A stretch of DNA of 64,000 nt from Octopus vulgaris (Eukaryota): contig OX597834.1 of NCBI GenBank assembly GCA_951406725.2, forward strand, positions 46,190,001-46,254,000, in the 5' to 3' direction. Shown here in pieces: positions 1-14,028 of the stretch. The notes under the pieces were generated by a model that ran no database searches, was not told where the DNA came from, and worked only from the letters and a program-made list of their open reading frames with translations. The stretch's first letter is position 1; every line of letters starts with the position of its first letter. The position numbers were made by a program, and so were the translations under genes.

Positions 1-39
1 ATATATATATGTTTATAAATGTATGTGTGTGTCTTCATA

Positions 40-240
40 CATACAGGTATATACATACATACAAACATACATACATGCATACATACATGCATTCAATACA
101 TACATACACACATACACACATAATACTCACATACATGCATACATACATACATGCATACATACATACATACATACATACATACATACATACATACATACAT
201 ACATACATACATACATACATACATACATACATACATACAT
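40..240. repeat. (CATA)n microsatellite at the start of a TA/CA/CATA-rich block running to about 1650
   Basis: Direct tandem repeats; explains the HTYI/YIYI ORFs. Confidence 0.95.
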
Positions 241-580
241 GCAAATATTTATCCAAGAGGAGAAACTATAATCGGCAACTAGCAGCCGGTTTGATATCAG
301 AGTATATATATATATATATATATACATCTATCGAATATCCATGAATCTACCCCAAACATTTATATCTTTATATTGATATATCAATTAACATATAAACTTA
401 TCTGAATAGATCTCTCTATGAACGTGCCTGTTTATTTATCCAACTATCAAGGTGTTACGCCATCGCGACATAATCAACAAGAAAATCATAAAACACACCA
501 TTTATGTATTTATCTATCGAGGCGTTGCTGAGGCATGGAACCACCTGAATGAATACACCCAGTAAATGGTAGAATATATA

Positions 581-633
<53 letters not shown>

Positions 634-811
634 CGAGAGAGGGAGAGAGATAATATACATATACATACAAGGGTACATATTGTCTTTTCATTAACTGTAT
701 TATATATATTGGTATATATGTACTACTCGATATTTATCGGTCTATCTGAGTAACTGCATAGGTAATCATTTATCTTTGAATCTCAATAACTGAACATTAT
801 ATCTATGTCAA

Positions 812-859
<48 letters not shown>

Positions 860-1260
860 TCTACATGTGTGAATATATATATATACATTCATATATGCAT
901 ATATATATATATATATGTATACATACATATACACAGACACACACACATACATAAACACACATATATATACATATATACACATACATAAACACACATATAT
1001 ATACATATATAATTTTACAGAGAAAAACACATGCATATATATATATAGGTATGTACGTATCTATATATATATATATATATATGCATGTATGTACGTATAT
1101 ATATATGTTTTATATATTTATATACACATATATATGTATATATGTGTATATATGGACGTATATATATACATATAATCTTACATATATATATATATATACA
1201 TATGCATTACTATATATTCATATATCCATATATCCCTATGCATATATCTATATATCCATA

Positions 1261-1316
<56 letters not shown>

Positions 1317-2454
1317 TATGCATATATATATATATATTCATTTCTATATATCCAAGCTTCGGTCTGTGTGCTAATGTTATGCGCTTACACTTGAGTGAAG
1401 CCTATGCATTTCATTGTCTCTATGTAAATATAAATCTATCTGCCCAAATATACGCTCACGCGCGCACACACGCACCTAACCCCCCCCCCCTGCACAACAC
1501 ACACAAGCGCACGTACATATTGGTATTGTATTCGTTGGCGGAAGCACACAAGCACACAACATACACAATACACATAACTACCAACTACACACCACAAACA
1601 ACACCACCCACCATGCACACACACACACACACACAGACGCACATACACACACAGCTGACACCAAATCGAGAAATAATAATGATCGATATTGTCGTGATGC
1701 TTAGAGTGTCAATCCCAAACATTCTTGTGTTCTTCACACTTGCCATGATCGGCTGTTCCATCAAATTCGTCATCTTCCTACTTCATCTCTTCGATATATC
1801 TTACAAACACAGCTGCACAAGAGTGTATCAGCTGTCGTTGGAACGTAAGCACAGTTAACGGAACAGCCTAATTTAGCGTGACTGACTTCTCCGGCTTTGA
1901 ACAGGAGATTAGTGATCTATGGTGTTAATGTTATTGTATTTCTTTATTCTTTTATTTTGTTATTCTCCTTTTCCTTCAATACCTTCAGTCTTTGGCTTGC
2001 GCCCATGCTGTAGCACAACCTCGAAGTTTCACTTTTGATTTCTTTTGTTGATTTTTATATTTCTTTGGTGGGGGCGATGAACGTTTTTCGCTCTTCTTTT
2101 ACCAAATCTACGGCGATATATAATTTAAGTCTAGCACATTTTCTACTCATGTCATTAAGACGAAGTGCAATGGAGAAGGGGTGAAAACGAACCTATACCG
2201 GTTGTCTTGCGATAACAATCACACATAAACACAAACTCACTCAAACAGAAGAACACATACACATTTATGTATGTAAATACATATATATATGTGTGTGTGT
2301 GACTACGTGTGTATCGTTGGGGATTTTATTTTCTCCGTCTTCTCTTGCTTGGATCTTTCCTGTCTCTATATGTAGAGGTAGGTACGTACATATATGTATG
2401 TATATATGCATATGTTTTATTTATTAATTTATATATATATAATACTAATAATAA

Positions 2455-2640
2455 TAATATTAGGGAGTAAATCCTAACTTACAGGAAAAAATTAGATTAA
2501 GGATTAAATCTAATTTTATAGTATAAATATATATATTTATCAGAGATAAAACCACTATTAGGCAAATCAAACAGTGAAAATCATAAGCCAATACATAGAA
2601 ATAAAATTAATTAATAAAATATATAAAAAATATAAAATAT
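2455..2640 (-). mobile_element. Single, non-palindromic copy of the Penelope-like pLTR/tail family also seen at 13.0 and 30.1 kb
   Basis: tattagggagtaaatcc..cttacagg..agagataaaaccactattaggcaaatc is the reverse complement of the arm plus tail at about 13190-13342. Confidence 0.65.
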
Positions 2641-2944
2641 AAAATTCCAAATTAAAATATTTAAATTAAAGTTAAAGTTTAAAAAATTATTTAAATTAAT
2701 AATTTAAACTTATAAATTTTAAATAAGATCTTAATGTAAAAAATAACACCGTAAAAATAACACCAAATATATAGTGCGTGTGTTTTTATTGGCTAAACTG
2801 GCAAAATGACCATTCCGAAATATAACAATATATATATATATATATATATATACATACACATTCACACACACATGCATAGATGCCTATACTCAGGCACGAT
2901 GGTCCCGCGCATTCCCCGTATTCTAAGCATATATATCTTTTACT

Positions 2945-3140
2945 CTCTTACTTGTTTTAGTCATTAGTCTGTGACCATGCAGTGGCAATCCCGAGGAGAA
3001 TTTTAGCCGAATTTATCGACGCCAGTTCTTATTCTTTTGTAAAGTTTGGTACTTATCTTATCGGCCTTATTGTCGAACGGACTGAAACAGAGCGATGATG
3101 CTTGCCAAGCAGTGGTGAAGCGACAAATACAGACGCAAGG
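2945..3140 (-). mobile_element. SINE family A, degenerate 3' fragment
   Basis: cttgttttagtcattag..ccatgc..ggtacttatctt resembles 3973-4140. Confidence 0.6.
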
Positions 3141-3157
3141 ACACACACACACACACA

Positions 3158-3189
<32 letters not shown>

Positions 3190-3972
3190 TACACACACAA
3201 ACACACACACACACACATATATATATTTGCATGTATTTATAGATGTATGTATGAATCTATGTATGAATGTATGTATGCATGTATGACGCTCGGTAAAGTG
3301 AGACATTCTTTTATGTTTCGAACCTACGCTCTTCAACATATACATATTTTTAATGGAGGAATGTGAATTCGTCCTTTAATTTGAGTAATTTCTAAAGATC
3401 TCTAACTTTGTTTCTTCATACCTTACTTTGGAATTTAATATGTAAATTTGTATAGGCATGAAGACTTATATACAAATTTAGTTTTTACATAACCGTCAAT
3501 TATCATTTCGAATAAGAAATTATTAGAAAAAAACGTTTAATAGTATTCAATAATAATTTCAGGTTTATAAAACTTATAATTTTAGTATTTATTGTAAATA
3601 ATAGGTCTAATATTCATAGACAAAAATAAGTGTTAAATGTGGTAATTAATTATCTAGTCACAGTATTGGTATGGTTTTTAAGAGAATTTAGGAATAGATA
3701 CTGTACGAGTAATAGGGAATAAATAAAGTTAATTACGTTGTCAACTAGTAAAATTATATAATTGCCTATAGAGCGATAGAAATAAGAAAGGTTTTTTATA
3801 GTTAATATCGAAAAAAAGTAATAGTATAAACAGTATTTTCGATATTAAGTATCAAAAACAACCTTTCTTATTTCCATCGATCTAAAGACGATTATTTGAG
3901 TTTATCAGTTGATAACATAAATAAATCTCTTTTATTTCGATTTTATTACTCTTATAGTTTCTATTCACTCTA

Positions 3973-4375
3973 TTACTTGTTTCAGTCATTTGACTGCGGC
4001 CATGCTGGAGCATCGCCTTTAGGTCGAGCAAATCGCGCCCCCCAGGACTTATTCTTTGTAAGCCTAGTACTTATTCTATCGGTCTCTTTTGCCGAACCGC
4101 TAAATTACGGGGACGTAAACACACCAGCATCGGTTGTCAAGCGATGTTGGGGGGGGGGGGGCAAATACAAATACATAAACACACACACACACACATATAT
4201 ATATGTATATACAACGGGCTTCTTTCAGTTTCTGTCTACCAAATCCACTCACAAGGCTTTGGTCGGCCCGATGCTATAAAAGAAGATACTTGCCCAAGGT
4301 GCCATGCAGTGGGACTGAACCCGTAACCATGTGGTTGGTAAGCAAGCTACTTACCACACAGCCACGCCTGCGCCT
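3973..4375 (-). mobile_element. tRNA-derived SINE family A, full length
   Basis: Minus-strand head aggcgcaggcgtggctgtgtgg (A box) and ggttcagtccc (B box), CORE-like ccttgggcaag, internal CA/TA run, tail tgactgaaacaag; many copies in the window. Confidence 0.9.
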
Positions 4376-5084
4376 ATTTTTAAATTTTCTGAAAACCATA
4401 CCAATAATGTGACTAGATAATTACTTACGATATAAAAGACTTATTTTTGTCTATGAATATTAGATCTATTATTTACAATAAAAACTAAAATTATGACATT
4501 TATAAATCTGAAATTATTATTGAATACTATCAAACATTTTTTTCTAATCATTTCTTAAGTCGAAAGGATAATTCACAGTTAAATAAAAACTAAATTGTTT
4601 GAAAATTCTTTCACATCATTCTTTGGATTCCTCATTGTAAATACAAATACAGCCGGACCAGAAAAAAAAATCATTTACGGCGTTTTAAATAGACACACAT
4701 GTACAAATTCATAGAGAGGATGTATCTTTTTTAATATTATATACATTAGCACCCAATTATATAGTTTTTAGTCCCTTTAAAAATAGGCATGACTGCAAGA
4801 ACGAACACATTAATACAATATGATTACTAAGAGACAATCTATGTACTTCTAACGTCTCTTTTTAGTTTTTATACCAGCTACGGACGAGTACAAATTTCAC
4901 TGTTCCGATTTTCTTTTATGAATATCTGAGTCGTTTTGTATGAAACAATTGTATAGCAACACGAAACATAAAAACTAGAATCCATTTTAACATCCAATCT
5001 CCTCCATTACAGAAGGATGAATGAATTTGTTGAACTGCTTAATAATCTAAATCATATAATGATTAAATATACATACATACATAC

Positions 5085-5146
<62 letters not shown>

Positions 5147-5147
5147 A

Positions 5148-5310
5148 TGAGTGGCTGTATAGTAAGAAGCTTGTTTCCCGACCAAATGAACCCGGGTTCA
5201 GTCCCACTGCGTGGCACCTTAGACAAGTGTCTTCTACTGTAGCATCGGGCCGACCAAAGCCTTGTGAGTGGATTTGGTAGACGGAAACGGAAAGAAGCCC
5301 GTCGTATATA
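5148..5310 (+). mobile_element. SINE family A, 5' half
   Basis: gagtggctg..gggttcagtcccactgcgtggcacc..gtggatttggtagacggaaac. Confidence 0.85.
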
Positions 5311-5314
5311 TGTA

Positions 5315-5345
<31 letters not shown>

Positions 5346-5357
5346 TTTACTAAGCCC

Positions 5358-6049
<692 letters not shown>

Positions 6050-6051
<2 letters not shown>

Positions 6052-6122
6052 TGTTTCTTTATTAGCCACACAGGGCTGCACACAGATAGAACAAATTACA
6101 AGGTAGAGCTTTTCTTTTGAAG

Positions 6123-6156
<34 letters not shown>

Positions 6157-6274
6157 AGGGGGAGTTTCGATCAAAAGGGATCGTAAAAGGAGAGAAAGAG
6201 GACAAAAAAAGGGGGGTTAAAAAAAAGGGGGAGAGGAAAAAAAAAATTGATCAATGAGACAAGCTCTTCTCAGC
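6050..6274 (-). mobile_element. LINE-like 3' end (probably Tx1/L1-like) abutting (GATA)n
   Basis: Minus strand has a T-rich UTR ending gcagccctgtgtggctAATAAAgaaacat then (atct)n; no coding sequence remains, so the clade is inferred. Confidence 0.5.
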
Positions 6275-6818
6275 TGCAGATTGATGACTATCATAAACAA
6301 GTGCGCGTTCTCCTTCAAATAAATTGCATTTATTTAAAAAAAACAATACTCCTGAATGAATCTCTACATGTATTGCTAATTCGACAGTTTATGAAGAGAT
6401 TGTAATTATGTAAAACATGATAACGGGTATGAACTAATTTGCATATAATTGCGCGTATGCTTGTGCCCGCAAGAGACATTGGTACGTGAGAGTGTATGTC
6501 TTACTATGTGCGTTTGTGTGTGTATAGGTGTGAGTATGTGTGTCAGAGATCAATTGTATATATTTTTTACAACATCAATATATTTTTGTGTCGGAGTTTT
6601 TATAGTAGCCTTTGAAATACCTTAAACGTACTGCGCAACGTCTATCTGTGTATGAGGTAATTGAATAGACGTCTTTTTAGATAAATGATTTTGTAGACAT
6701 GTTCTGCGTGTGTGAATATATATGTGTACATATATGCCTGCGTATGTGCGTGTACATATATACGCATATATATACATTAATTTTTTTATTTTTCCAAATA
6801 CATCAATCTATGTAAATA
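6275..6818 (+). repeat. 544-bp direct duplication, copy 1
   Basis: Appears identical to 7322-7865 (offset 1047). Confidence 0.95.
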
Positions 6819-6851
6819 TACACAAATACATGTAGATATATATATATATGC

Positions 6852-6899
<48 letters not shown>

Positions 6900-7249
6900 C
6901 TGTGTCTGTGTGTGTGTGTATACACATACACACACGTATATATATATATATATATATACACACACAGAGAGGGAGAGAGAATTATATTCAGATATATGTA
7001 TAGTTAGATATATATGGATGCGTGTATGTAATTAGGTATGTATGTATGTATGTGCATATGTATGTATAAGCTTTATAATGATACAATAAAACTAAAATTT
7101 GCAAGTTGCAGAAACGTGATGAAATCTACTGGAATTTCATTATAGACGTGAAGACATTTTTTTACAAACCACATGCCTCAAGGAAATGTTTCACACCGCC
7201 AATTCTTACTTTTCAAATAAGAACACAGGCACACATCCACACTCACATT

Positions 7250-7299
<50 letters not shown>

Positions 7300-7321
7300 A
7301 TATATATATATATATATTGTG

Positions 7322-7862
7322 TGCAGATTGATGACTATCATAAACAAGTGCGCGTTCTCCTTCAAATAAATTGCATTTATTTAAAAAAAACAATACTCCT
7401 GAATGAATCTCTACATGTATTGCTAATTCGACAGTTTATGAAGAGATTGTAATTATGTAAAACATGATAACGGGTATGAACTAATTTGCATATAATTGCG
7501 CGTATGCTTGTGCCCGCAAGAGACATTGGTACGTGAGAGTGTATGTCTTACTATGTGCGTTTGTGTGTGTATAGGTGTGAGTATGTGTGTCAGAGATCAA
7601 TTGTATATATTTTTTACAACATCAATATATTTTTGTGTCGGAGTTTTTATAGTAGCCTTTGAAATACCTTAAACGTACTGCGCAACGTCTATCTGTGTAT
7701 GAGGTAATTGAATAGACGTCTTTTTAGATAAATGATTTTGTAGACATGTTCTGCGTGTGTGAATATATATGTGTACATATATGCCTGCGTATGTGCGTGT
7801 ACATATATACGCATATATATACATTAATTTTTTTATTTTTCCAAATACATCAATCTATGTAA

Positions 7863-7865
<3 letters not shown>
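7322..7865 (+). repeat. 544-bp direct duplication, copy 2
   Basis: Appears identical to 6275-6818. Confidence 0.95.
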
Positions 7866-7944
<79 letters not shown>

Positions 7945-8116
7945 ATGTATGTATGTATGTATGTATATATATTTATGTATATATATAAATATAAATATAT
8001 ATATACATATGTATGTGTATGTATGTATGTATAAATGTATGTATGTATATATATATACATGTATGTATATAAATATAAATATATATATATATAAATATAT
8101 ATGTATATATATATAT

Positions 8117-8174
<58 letters not shown>

Positions 8175-8177
8175 CGG

Positions 8178-8207
<30 letters not shown>

Positions 8208-8210
<3 letters not shown>

Positions 8211-8520
8211 TAGTTGTGTGGTAAGAAGCATGCTTCTGGTTTCAGTCACGATGCGTGGCACCTTGGGCAAGTGTCTTCTACTATAACCCCGGGTGGATTT
8301 GGTAGACAGAAACTGAAAGAAGCACGTCGTATACGTGTCTGTGTTTGTCCTCCCACCATTGCCTGACAATCGATGTTAGTGTGTTTACGTCCCCAAAATT
8401 TAGCGGTTGGTCAAAAGAGACCTATGGAATAAGTACTAGACTTAAAAATAGGAGGTCGATTTGTTCGACTAAAGATGGTGCTCCAGCATGACTGCAGTCA
8501 AATGGCTGAAACAAGACAAA
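8208..8520 (+). mobile_element. SINE family A with internal deletions
   Basis: tgcgtggcaccttgggcaagtgtcttctac..gtgtttacgtcccc..ggtgctccagcatg..ctgaaacaag. Confidence 0.85.
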
Positions 8521-8719
8521 AAAATTTTTTCAATCTGGCTAATAGTGTGTAGATAATTTAATAGTTAAATAGTAAGAGAATACTGGAAGGTTCGACATAA
8601 GGTTGCTCATCAGCACACATCTTTCATGTCACGACTCTACCTAAATATTCATCGACAAAATGTACAGGATGGTGCACGTATTAATAAATATATATGAGTT
8701 TGTGTGTGTGTGTGTATTA

Positions 8720-8902
8720 ATTGTAATGGTATAACAACAAAGGAATGAATGAGACCTCGATATTATGTAAATAGAGGAATTTATTTGTAATATAATATGT
8801 GGCAATTATTCGGTTGCCATAACAAAACTCCGAATTTTTTTATTGTCTTTGTAACTGACGAGATGCCGGAGCAGATTTCCGCCCCGACATCCGAAACTCG
8901 GA
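8720..8902 (+). mobile_element. Possible Penelope-like pLTR fragment with a truncated hammerhead core
   Basis: ctgacga (8855-8861), imperfect stem gatgccgg/ccgacatc, gaaa (8893-8896). Confidence 0.45.
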
Positions 8903-9004
8903 TTTGGTGGACGACGGAAACTGAAAGAAATCTGTTGCATATACATATACATCCCATCATATTCGATCATTCCAGTAAACATCTGGTTATATGCATACAT
9001 ACAC

Positions 9005-9061
<57 letters not shown>

Positions 9062-9168
9062 TATATGTATATATATATATGTGTGTATATATATACACAC
9101 ATACATATATATATGTGTGTATATATATACACATATATATATATATGTGTGTGTATGTATACACCCAC

Positions 9169-9199
<31 letters not shown>

Positions 9200-9214
9200 T
9201 ATATGTATATAAAC

Positions 9215-9246
<32 letters not shown>

Positions 9247-9264
9247 GTATATACATACATATAT

Positions 9265-9337
<73 letters not shown>

Positions 9338-9683
9338 TCAACTTCAATCTATAAAGGAAACATACAACAGCGTCCTCTCCACCTCCTTCCTGACTACGTG
9401 ACTAACCTCCTCACCGTCCATCAAGGCCCTTCGAAGGTTATAGAAACTTACAAAACGGCCACTATTTTTGTCAACTTAAAAAATTATGTTCTCTTTCAGT
9501 GACTGGCGTGATTATTCGACCATTTTGTTTCAATGAATAAACCTTATTATTCGTATTGATTTCCCTTCCCCTAGTTTGTTTATCCAAATATACGCGAACA
9601 CTCATACGCACGCGCAAAGACGCATAGGAAATAAGAGCAATCATACATGAAGCACAGAGATTCAATCATTATAGCTGACATGT

Positions 9684-9757
<74 letters not shown>

Positions 9758-10213
9758 GCGCATTTCCTCAAATACATATATTTGTGAGTGAGAGGGAACA
9801 CATATTCGTGAGATATTTTTAGTCGTTTAAGTAAGTAATATTTGAACCAATATTACAAATGTGCTTATAGGACCCGTGGTGATTGTTTTTGAAACACTCT
9901 TTGAAGCAAATAGTGTGAAAGATATGCTTGATACTGTTTAAGATTGATAACAAACTAGAGAGAGAGAGACATAGAGAGAGAGAGAGTGAGAGAGAGAGAA
10001 ATGGGGAGAGAGAACCAGACAAACAGACAAATAAACAAACGGATAGATAAATGTATATACTTAGGTAGATATTTACGTACATATGTACGTATATATATAA
10101 ATACATATATATGTAGATATATATATATACACACACATATATATATACATATATTATATGTTTATATATATGGGGAGAGAGAGAGAGAGAGAGACCGAGA
10201 TGGAGAAACAGAT

Positions 10214-10249
<36 letters not shown>

Positions 10250-10286
10250 GCAGCAGAGAGATAGACTGATAGAAAGATAGAGACAT

Positions 10287-10341
<55 letters not shown>

Positions 10342-10421
10342 TGTAGGGAGGTAGGTATCTATAAATGTATGTGTATATGCTGATATTTGTAAATCTTCTT
10401 AGATCGTTTCTACCTTGATAA

Positions 10422-10504
<83 letters not shown>

Positions 10505-11422
10505 TATTGATTATCATCTAACCAGAAACGATGTTTATTGAACCCCGAATGAAAGCCTTTTTCTCACGGATTACGCTCCCCATTTCTTCAAATATCTTTT
10601 CACTCCGAGTTTCAACAAACACAACGCAACCTCTCTAACAACTATTTCTTCTGACTTACTGTCAAATCAATGTTTGGCTTTTAATAATCCTGGAATCCCT
10701 CACTGATTCGACCAATGATCTTTTATGTGTGTCTTTATATACGTGTGTATGCATATATGTGTGTGAGTGTGTGCATGTGAGTGCGTGCCTCTGCGTGAGC
10801 GTGTGTGCACGTGCTTATGTGTATTCGATGGCGATTAAATCTGGAGATATCGTAGGAGAAAACAAAGTTTACATTTCATGATCATGGGGTAAATTTTGTC
10901 CTTTTCTTTTTTAATTTTTTAATTTTTTTCTTTGCTTTTGTTTTGTTTTCTTCAGCTATTCTGCTTGGTATTTTGAACTTGGAATAGTCAAGTATTTTAA
11001 CGGATGTAAAATGGTTTGTCGTATGTGTTTTTGTTAAGCAATCTTCGTTTCTGTATTTCGTATGCAAGATATTTTAAGTGAATTCGTGCGTTGAAACAAA
11101 TTTTGTTGGGCCTAGGGAGAGTCATTACACCAATGTTAATATCACACACACACTGGTTCAATTCCACTCCTTTGTTATGAATCAAACGTTTAAATATCCA
11201 ACTAACAAATCGATCGTTTGTTTAACTTGTTGGTTAAACAGTCGATCGTTTATTGTTATGATTTCTTTTTGTTTTTTCGTCAAATTTCATTAGTTGCCAT
11301 CCACAACCTTTTATGTTATTAATATTGACCTAATGACTCTCTCTAGACACAACAAAATAATGTAATCTTATTGAGTAGAATGCGTCTCCAATTCCTTATT
11401 TGGAGAAACACATTCTCCATAG

Positions 11423-11507
11423 CAGTGGTTCTCGACCGTATTTTATCTATGTAAGTTTCTGATTCCGATTTACTCTGCTCGATCCCCATGGACACTGGCT
11501 GTTTAAA

Positions 11508-11546
<39 letters not shown>

Positions 11547-11657
11547 AGGAATGTATGTATGTATGTATCGTATGAAATATTCTGTGCATTGTAGATAACC
11601 ATTTTATAACTCATAAATTTTTACAGTAAAATCTGAAAACTCGGTTGCCGACCACTG
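11423..11657 (+). mobile_element. hAT-type MITE, same family as 18520-19252
   Basis: Imperfect TIRs cagtggttctcgacc / ggttgccgaccactg; 5' interior similar to the 18520 element; no TSD seen. Confidence 0.55.
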
Positions 11658-11949
11658 ATCTCCTTCATTATACTTAATTCATCCTCTAAGGCTTTGACTG
11701 ACACTGACAGATGAAATACCTTCTCTGCATTGTTACACATATTGATTGATTAAACACTACATTTAAATCATTATTCACAGGCAGTCGTCCTACACCTTGA
11801 CTTATGAAACACCAACTCTTCTTCATTATATACCAGCGGTTTCTCACCCGCGGCTCCCAGGGCCGCATGCCACCCTCAAGCATACTTTTAGCTATCCCCG
11901 ACGATCTTCCTGCCTTAATATAATAAACGGACAATCGATAAGTCAACAA

Positions 11950-12120
11950 CTTGGCAGAATCGTTAGCATGCCGGGCGAAATGCTTAGGGACATTTCGTCT
12001 GCCGCTACGTTCTGAGTTTAAATTCCGTCGAGGTCGACTTTGCCTTTCATCCTTTCGGGGGTCGATAAATGAAGTACCAGTTACGCACTGGGGTCGATAT
12101 AATCGACTTAATCCGTTTAA
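11950..12120 (+). mobile_element. SINE family B
   Basis: tggcagaatcgttagcatgccgggcgaaatg..ctgagtt..gaggtcgactttgcctttcatcctttcgggg. Confidence 0.85.
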
Positions 12121-12279
12121 TGACGGAAACAAATAAAAGATAAATCATAACAAACGAATAAATAAATAAATATATAAATAAATAAAACCGAAGAGATGGC
12201 CATGAAACGAACGTGGTAGTAAATAGCAGCAACGAAATCTATCGTTTTTACAAGTAATATTGTGATGTATTCTGGTCCC

Positions 12280-12555
12280 TGATCTTTCCAAGACATCAAC
12301 ATTTGCCACGTGTCTAGGTCCCTAGGACGCACAACGCTGAAGATTAAATTGCTGTCCATGACCCAGAAGAGACTGGGAGCACACACACCCATCTATCCGT
12401 GAACGAGGTGCCAGTCGAATGCAAGGTCGACTTCCAATGTATTGTAGGAATTCATTCATGGCTGAGTGAACTGAAACAACGCGCAGCCCAGCCGGGAATC
12501 GAATCCACGAGTGTACGAGCACAAGCGAACCAGCTGACCACTACGCCATGGACCA
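12280..12555 (-). mobile_element. tRNA-headed SINE, separate family
   Basis: Minus strand ggtccatggcgtagtgg (A box) and ggattcgattccc (B box), followed by a non-tRNA body. Confidence 0.6.
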
Positions 12556-12637
12556 TAGGAAAGAAGTTGAAAAAGCATATTCATACATCGGGAAGTAGAC
12601 GAAATTTATATGTTGGATTAGCTTGAAGCCATTATGT

Positions 12638-12712
<75 letters not shown>

Positions 12713-12947
12713 AAAAGCGTGTGTCTGTGTGTTGTGTGTGTACATTAATATGCAAACCCTATGAAACGAAAAAGACTTATACAGAACTTCATGCAGCTCC
12801 ATGCAATTCTCTGGATATGATCAGAAAGATAGTGTTCGAGTATAGAGGGGTGCTAGAAAGAAATTAGATGACATTGTATGTAATGATGCCAAAACCGACA
12901 CCTTGTTTATTATCCTAACTTTGCTATCAGTATGTTAATTTTTATGT

Positions 12948-13001
<54 letters not shown>

Positions 13002-13011
<10 letters not shown>

Positions 13012-13338
13012 TAAATTAGAGATAAAACCACTATTAGGCAAATCATACAATGAAAAACTTAATCCAATACATAAGATTAATTAATTTATATTATTTAAAT
13101 ATATATCAAAATTATAAAAAAAGATAATTAATATAACACAATTTTTTTTATAATTTTGATATATATTTAAATAATATAAATTAATTAATCTTATGTATTG
13201 GCTTAAGTTTTTCATTGTATGATTTGCCTAATAGTGGTTTTATCTCTAATTTAATATAATATAATATTTTACTATAAAATTGGATTCAATCCTAAATCTG
13301 ATTTCTCCCTGTAAGTTTGGATTTATTCCCTAATATTT

Positions 13339-13342
<4 letters not shown>
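13002..13342. repeat. Palindrome with 121-bp arms (13002-13122 and 13143-13263) plus a one-sided tail of about 80 bp; Penelope-like
   Basis: Arms are reverse complements with one mismatch seen; tail shared with 30455-30535. Confidence 0.9.
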
Positions 13343-13392
<50 letters not shown>

Positions 13393-13750
13393 TCAGATAA
13401 ATAGAGATAAATATTAGTGTACACACACAGCACACAGACACATGCTTTTTAGCACACACACACACACACACATACACACACATTCACTCAGAATGCTGCA
13501 ATTTCGTATAAGTCCAAACATCGTGAATGGACACAGTAACAATGTCCAAAACGATGTCCATGATATCTGCGCATACGTTTCCACATGCAATTTCCATCCA
13601 AGAAGCTTTCTGCTCTGGGTAACTTCGAAGATTGCACGGAAAATTGCATTGCACAGCGTCTTCCACCAATCCAATGAAGCTCGCAACAATCTCTGTCTCT
13701 CTCTCCCTCTCTCTCTCTGTCTATCTATCTTTCTATCTCTATATCTCCTC

Positions 13751-13795
<45 letters not shown>

Positions 13796-13820
13796 ATATA
13801 TATATGTATATATATATGTC

Positions 13821-13851
<31 letters not shown>

Positions 13852-13876
13852 GTATACATATACGTATATATATATC

Positions 13877-13946
<70 letters not shown>

Positions 13947-13968
13947 TATATATATATATGTCTATATA

Positions 13969-14026
<58 letters not shown>

Positions 14027-14028
14027 GT

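Noticed and set aside
1655-1930. Non-repetitive stretch as a candidate host exon (also 22790-22960 and 29850-30100)
   Set aside because: No recognisable domain and no convincing splice-site pair
3440-5020. AT-rich blocks that might be decayed Penelope coding sequence (also 52200-53000)
   Set aside because: No convincing RT or GIY-YIG motif could be read
9360-9480. Possible Gypsy integrase C-terminal remnant (HQGPSKVI)
   Set aside because: Too short and degenerate to support
12480-12555. Possible tRNA genes here and at 44836 and 46900
   Set aside because: A and B boxes are present but I see no full cloverleaf, and each continues into a SINE body
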